Shown here in pieces: positions 26,033 through 32,000 of a stretch of DNA of 32,000 bases. Positions within the stretch are counted from its first letter, which is position 1. The number at the start of each line of letters is the position of its first letter. This DNA comes from Candidatus Iainarchaeum sp. (GTDB lineage: Archaea; Iainarchaeota; Iainarchaeia; Iainarchaeales; CSSED10-239): assembly GCA_037441475.1 (NCBI GenBank), contig JBBISB010000001.1:547465-579464 (forward strand), in the 5' to 3' direction. Position numbers and translations under genes: made by a program. The notes under the pieces are model-generated. The model ran no database searches. It saw only the letters and a list, made by a program, of their open reading frames with translations, and was not told where the DNA came from.

Positions 26033-27604
26033 TTGGCAGCTAAAAAAACAAAAAGTAAATTTTCAACAAAAGCTCCTAAGAAAATAGAAGTTGTTTTTGA
26101 AGATTCAAACAAAGTTATTAAAAAAGAAAAACCTGTTTTTAATAAAAAATCTAACAAACAAAAAGTTTCTTTTGAAAAATCTCCACCAAAGAGTGTTTCT
26201 AAAGCACATAAACATAATGAAGAACATAAACACCATGAAACTCATAAACATGTTACTAAAGAAACTAAAAAAAATAAAACTAAAGATTACATAATTATTG
26301 GTATTTTAGCTTTATTAATAATAGGTATAGTTGTCATCGCCTTTTTAGTTCCAGTGGACTTTAATAAAGATGATGTGGTAATAGATAAAAATGCTCCTGT
26401 AATTGACAAAAATCAAAATTTAGATTTAAATATAGAAAACTTTGAAAAAAGATCATTAGCAGTTACAATGAACATCTTAAAAGACATGAGAGAGTATCAA
26501 AAGAATATCTTAGAAGAAAACTATGAAAGCTTATCTATAAATAAAGAAGAGATGGATACTTGTCTTTTAGAAAATAATTTCCTTTTAGAAGATACAAATT
26601 TATTTGATTATCCTAAAGTTAAATTAATTCAGAATGACTTTATGGAAGCTCAAGAGAGATTTGTTTTATCTACACCAACCATGTATGTTAATGGTTATTA
26701 TTTAACAGGTGTTAAGGATTACAATACTTTTACAAACTTTATAGATGATGTAAAAGACTCAGAGAGTTTAACCTTAGATTACAATAACAAATCTTTCAGT
26801 TATACTAATGATTCTTTAAAAGTATATTATGTTTACGACAAGGAATCAGAGTTAATAAAAGAATCAAACTTAGCATTCATTGACTATTTAAAAACATCTG
26901 AACTTTTAATATCAAATGTCAATTCCGTTTTTACAACCATCTTTGATATTAACAATATAGAGTATGTTCAATATAATACAGAGAAAGGAAAAGAAATTCT
27001 ACAAACAATTGATGCAGAAGCTTTACCAGCAATCTATATTTTAGGAGATGTTTCTTCCCTTGATTTCAATGGACAAGATAACACCGAGATTTTCAATGTC
27101 ATTTTTGAAAAAGAAACTATAAACAACGGTTATATATTTAAGAAAGAAGTTTTACCTCAATTAATAATAGGTAGTTCTTTTGATGGCGTTTATAGAGTCT
27201 TGGACTATAAAACTTTAGTAAAAGAAGATGACAAGGTTTTAGGTTCTCTTGATGCAGAAACAACAATAATTCTTTTCACAGACTATGATTGTCCTTTCTG
27301 TAGACAACTTGAAACAGATACCTTAACAGATATTTTTTCTGAAAATTACATGGATACAGGAAAGGCAAACCTTGTAATCAAACCAATGGTTACAAACGAT
27401 ATCTTTTCAATCTTCCCTATACTTTTCTTAAAATGTTCTGAAAATCAAGATGCTTCTCTTGCAGTTCATAAAAAAATATTTGAACTTAATCCTGTTATTG
27501 GGGTTCAACCAGTTTATGATCTTGTAAGTTTAAAGTATGCTGAGGAAATGGCAGCTTTAGAGGTAGAATATTCTTTGATAATGTCTTCAATGGAAGGAAA
27601 TTAA
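26033..27604 (+). CDS. Membrane-anchored multi-thioredoxin-fold protein with His-rich cytoplasmic tail; C-terminal DsbA-like CPFC domain
   Basis: 523 aa, TTG start; AHKHNEEHKHHETHKHVTK, TM helix DYIIIGILALLIIGIVVIAFLV, degenerate domains around STPTMYVNGYYLTGV and ALPAIYILGDV, terminal IILFTDYDCPFCRQLET. Confidence 0.8.
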   Translation: MAAKKTKSKFSTKAPKKIEVVFEDSNKVIKKEKPVFNKKSNKQKVSFEKSPPKSVSKAHKHNEEHKHHETHKHVTKETKKNKTKDYIIIGILALLIIGIVVIAFLVPVDFNKDDVVIDKNAPVIDKNQNLDLNIENFEKRSLAVTMNILKDMREYQKNILEENYESLSINKEEMDTCLLENNFLLEDTNLFDYPKVKLIQNDFMEAQERFVLSTPTMYVNGYYLTGVKDYNTFTNFIDDVKDSESLTLDYNNKSFSYTNDSLKVYYVYDKESELIKESNLAFIDYLKTSELLISNVNSVFTTIFDINNIEYVQYNTEKGKEILQTIDAEALPAIYILGDVSSLDFNGQDNTEIFNVIFEKETINNGYIFKKEVLPQLIIGSSFDGVYRVLDYKTLVKEDDKVLGSLDAETTIILFTDYDCPFCRQLETDTLTDIFSENYMDTGKANLVIKPMVTNDIFSIFPILFLKCSENQDASLAVHKKIFELNPVIGVQPVYDLVSLKYAEEMAALEVEYSLIMSSMEGN

Positions 27605-27682
27605 TTATTTTCCTTTCTATTTTCTATTTTTTCTAAAATAGATTTCCTTTATATATTTATTTATTCATAATATATATATCGT

Positions 27683-27755
27683 GGGTCCGTGGCCTAGTGG
27701 ATAGGGCAACAGCCTTCTAAGCTGTGGGTCGAGGGTTCAAATCCCTCCGGACTCG
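27683..27755 (+). tRNA. trnR: tRNA-Arg (TCT)
   Basis: Acceptor GGGTCCG/CGGACTC (one G-U), anticodon arm ACAGC-CTTCTAA-GCTGT, T arm GAGGG-TTCAAAT-CCCTC, discriminator G. Confidence 0.95.
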
Positions 27756-27786
27756 CTTTTCTACTTTAAAAAAAAGGTTATAAAAA

Positions 27787-29493
27787 ATGTATTATAAAAA
27801 AGATTTTGCAAAAATAATTCATGATATCTTAGATGACTCTAATTTTACACTTAAAGATATTGAAAACATAATTTTAGTTCCACCTTCAAGAGATTTAGGA
27901 GACTTATCCTTTCCAGTTTTCCAATTTTCAAAAATTTATAAAAAATCTCCTTTAGAGATATCTAAATCCTTATTTTCAAAACTTCCAAAAAGTAAAATTT
28001 TTATTTTCTCTGAAGTTAATGGTTACATTAATGCAAGGATAGATGATTCCTTTTTATTAAAGGAAACAATATCAGAAGTTATTAATAAAAAAGAAAAATA
28101 TGGTTCCTTAACTATTGATAATAAACAGTATGTTGTTGATACCTTTAATGCAAATCCTTTAAAGACCTTACACATAGGGCATGTAAGAAACATTGTCACT
28201 GGAGATTTTGTTTCTAGAATTTTAAAAAAAGTTGGAGCTGATCCAAAACCAGTTTCTTATGGTGGAGATATAGGCACACATGTTGCTAAATGGTATTGGT
28301 ATTATAAAAAACTACCAAATGAAAAAAAAATAATTCCTTCAAAAGACGTTTCTAAATGGTTTGGAAACATCTATATAAAAGCAGGTCTTTTACTTGAAAC
28401 AAATAAAGAGGTCTATAAGCAAGAGATAGATGACTTGCAAGTAGAGATTATGAATAATCCTTCTCTTCAACAAGAGATTAAAGAGCTTGCTATGAAGAGC
28501 CATCAAGCCTACATGAATATAGGTCAAGAGCTTAACTGTTTAGTAGATAGTAGCTTTTTTGAATCTGATACTGAAAAAAGATTTTTTGAAATTAAAGAAG
28601 ATGTCTTTTCAAAACATAAAGATGTTTTTATAGAAAGTGAAGGTGCAATTGTTGCTGATTTAAAGGACGAAAGTTTAGGCAATTTTATTTTAATAAAACA
28701 AAATGGTGCTGCTCTTTATGGAGCAAAAGACCTTGGTCTTGTTTCTTTAAAGAAAAAAAGATACCCTTCTTGTAATGATTTTTTATATGTAGTTGCTTCA
28801 GAACAGGATTTTTATTTTAAACAATTATTTAAGTTATTTACATTTATCTATCCTTCAACAAATCATGTTCACATAAACCATGGTTTAATAAATACTTCAG
28901 AAGGTAAAATGAAATCAAGAGAGGGAGAGAGCTTTTTATACGAGGACTTTAGAGACTCTTTATTTGAAGGTGTTAAAGCAAAACTTATAGAGAATGCCTT
29001 AGAGATTGACGATACAATCATTAGAGATATTTCTTTTGGTGTAATTAAGTTTGAGATGCTTAAAACAAACTTAAACAAAACAATAGTTTTTGATATTTCA
29101 TCAGCCTTAGACTTTCAAGGAGACTCTTCTCCATACGTCCAGTATAGTGGAGTGAGAGCAAAAAGTATTTTAAAAAAATCTAACTCCGAAAATATATCTT
29201 TAGAAAAATTAAATCCCTCTTATCTTTTAGAAAAAGAAGAAGTCTTACTTGCCTTGAAAATAAATGATTATAAAGAAAAAGTTTTCTTAGCATACACTGG
29301 TTTTAAATCACATGTTATTGTAAACTATGTTTTAGAACTTTCACATATCTTCAATAAATTTTACACCGCTTGTCCAGTCTTGGTTGGAGATGAAAACACA
29401 AAGAACACAAGACTTTTTTTAATAAAGGCTTTCTTAATAACTTTAGAAAACTCCTTAGATCTTCTAGGTATAAAGGTTCCTGAGAAAATGTGA
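27787..29493 (+). CDS. argS: Arginyl-tRNA synthetase
   Basis: 568 aa; VVDTFNANPLKTLHIGHVRNIVTGD, EGKMKSREG, SYGGDIGTHVAKW, C-terminal VNYVLELSHIFNKFYTACPV. Confidence 0.96.
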   Translation: MYYKKDFAKIIHDILDDSNFTLKDIENIILVPPSRDLGDLSFPVFQFSKIYKKSPLEISKSLFSKLPKSKIFIFSEVNGYINARIDDSFLLKETISEVINKKEKYGSLTIDNKQYVVDTFNANPLKTLHIGHVRNIVTGDFVSRILKKVGADPKPVSYGGDIGTHVAKWYWYYKKLPNEKKIIPSKDVSKWFGNIYIKAGLLLETNKEVYKQEIDDLQVEIMNNPSLQQEIKELAMKSHQAYMNIGQELNCLVDSSFFESDTEKRFFEIKEDVFSKHKDVFIESEGAIVADLKDESLGNFILIKQNGAALYGAKDLGLVSLKKKRYPSCNDFLYVVASEQDFYFKQLFKLFTFIYPSTNHVHINHGLINTSEGKMKSREGESFLYEDFRDSLFEGVKAKLIENALEIDDTIIRDISFGVIKFEMLKTNLNKTIVFDISSALDFQGDSSPYVQYSGVRAKSILKKSNSENISLEKLNPSYLLEKEEVLLALKINDYKEKVFLAYTGFKSHVIVNYVLELSHIFNKFYTACPVLVGDENTKNTRLFLIKAFLITLENSLDLLGIKVPEKM

Positions 29494-29497
29494 TTTC

Positions 29498-30115
29498 ATG
29501 AAAAAGAACTCTTTTGATATTGTAATGGATGATTTAATAGAGAACAATAGCTTAGCTGATTTAGAATCAATCTTTTCAAAACTAAATATAAAGACTGTTT
29601 ATGTCTTAAGAGAGGTTTCTAAAAAAGAAGATTTTAAGGCACCTTTTGAAATCCATAAATCTCATCAAGTGACTTTTAAAAAAGCCTATCTTCTAAAAGA
29701 CCTTTCTCTCTTACATTTCTATAAAGGAGATGATCTTCTTTTAGTTGAGTCTGGTTCTTTAAAGAATAATACTTTAATTTCAACTAACAAAAATGTGGAT
29801 TTTTTAAAAGACCCATTATCAGATAAACTTAGCTTTGATGAACAGAATGCAAGATCTTGTAGTCAGAATAAAATAAAGGTTGTTTTTGATATTAATAAAC
29901 TAAGGGGTAAGGATAAAAATCAAGCTATTAAACAATCTTCCTTTATTATTAACCTTTTAAAGATACATTCAGTGGATATGTTTTTTGTAACTTTTGCAAA
30001 AACAAAAGAAGACTTAGTTTCAATTAAACCAATACTTTCAAATCTTTTAAAAAACTTTAATCTAGAAGAGGCCACCATTAATAGGTTCTTATCAAAGGAC
30101 ATCTTAAAGAAATAA
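29498..30115 (+). CDS. rnp3: Probable RNase P protein component 3 (Rpp30 family)
   Basis: 205 aa; KVVFDINKLRGKDKNQAIKQSSFIINLLKIHSVDMFFVTFAKTKEDLVSIKPILSNLLKNFNL; context upstream of a Pop5-like gene and psmA. Confidence 0.75.
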   Translation: MKKNSFDIVMDDLIENNSLADLESIFSKLNIKTVYVLREVSKKEDFKAPFEIHKSHQVTFKKAYLLKDLSLLHFYKGDDLLLVESGSLKNNTLISTNKNVDFLKDPLSDKLSFDEQNARSCSQNKIKVVFDINKLRGKDKNQAIKQSSFIINLLKIHSVDMFFVTFAKTKEDLVSIKPILSNLLKNFNLEEATINRFLSKDILKK

Positions 30116-30131
30116 TAAAAAATAGATTTTC

Positions 30132-30455
30132 ATGAGTAAACTTAAAAAAAAATTAAATGTTATAAGGCCAACTTTAAGGCATAAGAAACTTTATCTTAAG
30201 CTTGAGTATACAAAGGAATACTCCTCTAACCTTTATACCCTTCTTTTAAAAAACTATGAAAAAATAAATGGTTTATTTTCTTCTTTAGAATGTAATCTAA
30301 CAGTCATGGAAAACGACTATACAACTAAAACAATGGTCGTAAGATTAAACAAAGCATATAAAGAAAGCTTTTTAAGTAGTTTATTCTTTTTAAAGCAAGA
30401 TTTAGGGCTTATCTTTGTTTTAAAAGAAGCATCTACCCTTAATTCTTTAAAATAA
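30132..30455 (+). CDS. rnp2: Probable RNase P protein component 2 (Pop5 family)
   Basis: 107 aa; RPTLRHKKLYLKLEY signature, MVVRLNKAYKESFLSSLFFLK; context. Confidence 0.78.
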   Translation: MSKLKKKLNVIRPTLRHKKLYLKLEYTKEYSSNLYTLLLKNYEKINGLFSSLECNLTVMENDYTTKTMVVRLNKAYKESFLSSLFFLKQDLGLIFVLKEASTLNSLK

Positions 30456-30680
30456 ACTCTTCTTTTACTAATCATAATGTTTTTATATCTGTTGCTATAA
30501 TATATATATTATACAAGGATACAGAGATAGGAGAAAATACTATATTTAAGGTTAATTTCTTTAAAAGTAGTTTTTTTAAATAGTAAGTTCGTTTTAATTT
30601 CTATAAAAAGAAATGCTTACAAGTAAAACTCTTTTAATAACAAAAAATTATTTTTATAATTTAGATATACAAAAATAAAA

Positions 30681-30685
30681 GGTGA
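30681..30685 (+). promoter_or_regulatory. Shine-Dalgarno-like GGTGA before psmA
   Basis: aaaaggtgaaaatATG. Confidence 0.55.
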
Positions 30686-30689
30686 AAAT

Positions 30690-31412
30690 ATGTTCCCAAT
30701 TTCTAATAACAATGCAACAGCACAAGCTTACGATAGATCAATTACAGTTTTTAGTCCTGAAGGACATTTATACCAAGTTGACTATGCCTCTAAGATAATT
30801 GAAAAAGGAAGTCCAGCAGTAGCTATAACTTACAAAGACGGAATAATCTTAGTTGCTGATAAAAAAATATTCTCTTCATTAATAATTCCAGAGTCTGTAG
30901 AAAAAGTTTTCAAAGTTGATAAACATGTATGGGTTGCATGTTCTGGTCTTATAGGAGACGGAAGAAGACTTGTTGATTATGCAAGACAAATTTCTCAAGA
31001 AAATAAAATTTATTATGATGACCCAATAGAGATAGATACCTTAGTTAAGAAAATAGGTAATGTTGTTCAATATTTCACACAGTACGGTGGAGCAAGACCA
31101 TTTGGGGTTTCTTTAATTGTTGCTGGAATTGATACTTTAGGAAAACACATCTATGAGATTGAACCAAGTGGCGCTACAACAGCTTACAAGGCAATAGCAA
31201 TTGGTCAAAATAAACCTAAGCTTATGGCAAACTTAGAAAAAACTTATAAAGATAATTTAAGTTTTGATGATGCTTTAAAGCTTGCTTTCAAAACCTTAGC
31301 TTTAAATCTTGATGTTAAACAAAAACTTGATGTTAAAAATATTGAAGTTTTAAACATTACAGAGAAAAATGATGCAATTGTTCCTGTGGAGAAATATTCT
31401 AAACTTTTATAA
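30690..31412 (+). CDS. psmA: Proteasome alpha subunit
   Basis: 240 aa; AYDRSITVFSPEGHLYQVDYASKIIEKGS, GARPFGVSLIVAGID. Confidence 0.96.
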   Translation: MFPISNNNATAQAYDRSITVFSPEGHLYQVDYASKIIEKGSPAVAITYKDGIILVADKKIFSSLIIPESVEKVFKVDKHVWVACSGLIGDGRRLVDYARQISQENKIYYDDPIEIDTLVKKIGNVVQYFTQYGGARPFGVSLIVAGIDTLGKHIYEIEPSGATTAYKAIAIGQNKPKLMANLEKTYKDNLSFDDALKLAFKTLALNLDVKQKLDVKNIEVLNITEKNDAIVPVEKYSKLL

Positions 31413-31427
31413 ATTTAAAAAAGGAAG

Positions 31428-31847
31428 ATGAAAATAAATATGCCTCAAGTAAAAAACCCTGCTCTTAAAAAAAATCCTTTAATGCAAGATGTTAAAAAAG
31501 ATTTATCTGTTAAAATGTATGCTCAACAAGCAAGGCTTTTAAAAAAAGTAAATCCTGCTATAAAGGGTAGGTTACTAAATGATCAAAAAATTCTTGCAAA
31601 TCATAGAATTTTAGGCTCAATGGTTAGTTATAAAGTGAGCAATCTTTCTTCTGTTGAAAGAAAAAATGCAGATAAATTATTTCAAGACATGTATGCTAAA
31701 ATAATTTTAAGATCTTCAAATAATCCTGCATATGCAGAAAAATCAGTTACTTTTCTTAAACATTTTTCAGCAGCCTTATACCGAAAAGAAGGAAAAGAAA
31801 TTTTAGAAATTTTAAAAAAAGCATCAGAAGCTGTTAACAAAATATAA
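31428..31847 (+). CDS. Hypothetical protein, 139 aa, between psmA and SBDS
   Basis: Open frame MKINMPQVKNPALKKNPLMQDVKKDL..; tightly spaced in the operon; no family recognised. Confidence 0.7.
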   Translation: MKINMPQVKNPALKKNPLMQDVKKDLSVKMYAQQARLLKKVNPAIKGRLLNDQKILANHRILGSMVSYKVSNLSSVERKNADKLFQDMYAKIILRSSNNPAYAEKSVTFLKHFSAALYRKEGKEILEILKKASEAVNKI

Positions 31848-31853
31848 ATCAAA

Positions 31854-31860
31854 GGTGATA
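31854..31860 (+). promoter_or_regulatory. Shine-Dalgarno-like GGTGATA before the SBDS-like gene
   Basis: aaaggtgataaattATG. Confidence 0.55.
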
Positions 31861-31864
31861 AATT

Positions 31865-32000
31865 ATGTTTTACAAAGGAGAAAAGAACAAAGGAAATCTA
31901 GAAAACACTGTTGTTGCAAAGATTAAAAAAGGAGAACATACCTTTGAAATTTTAGTGTATCCTTTCCAAGCATGGGATTACAAACATAATTTGCCAAATA
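31865..32000 (+). CDS. sdo1: Probable ribosome maturation protein SBDS/Sdo1, N-terminus, partial at window edge
   Basis: MFYKGEKNKGNLENTVVAKIKKGEHTFEILVYPFQAWDYKHNLPN; FEILV pattern plus position after psmA, as in the archaeal exosome superoperon. Confidence 0.72.
   Translation, partial: MFYKGEKNKGNLENTVVAKIKKGEHTFEILVYPFQAWDYKHNLPN

Overview
AT-rich archaeal chromosomal window, probably from a DPANN-type lineage (inferred from gene content and compact, often overlapping genes). Core content: asparagine synthase (partial), topoisomerase VI B/A, AMP-forming acetyl-CoA synthetase, a pyruvate:ferredoxin oxidoreductase operon (porC-porD-porA-porB), thioredoxin/CcdA-type redox proteins, a cysteine desulfurase operon, Mre11, tRNA-Cys, a PEP-synthase-like protein, RadA, a sufC-sufB-sufD-NifU-like operon, an H-cluster-domain [FeFe]-hydrogenase-like protein, wyosine radical SAM enzyme, tRNA-Arg(UCU) next to argS, and the RNase P (Rpp30, Pop5)/proteasome alpha/SBDS superoperon. 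No CRISPR array, defence system or transposon was seen. Most noteworthy: (1) a compact stand-alone [FeFe]-hydrogenase-like H-domain protein with all four predicted [4Fe-4S]H cysteines but no ferredoxin domains; (2) a 372-aa LAGLIDADG intein in porB, inserted exactly in the TPP/Mg-binding motif; (3) three small genes that look interrupted (ArsR-like regulator, PLDc_N-like two-TM protein, conserved-looking small protein) although the long ORFs around them are intact; (4) a PEP-synthase-like protein whose C-terminal barrel seems to lack the canonical catalytic motifs; (5) a three-thioredoxin-fold membrane protein with a His-rich cytoplasmic tail. All family calls come from reading motifs only; no database search was run.
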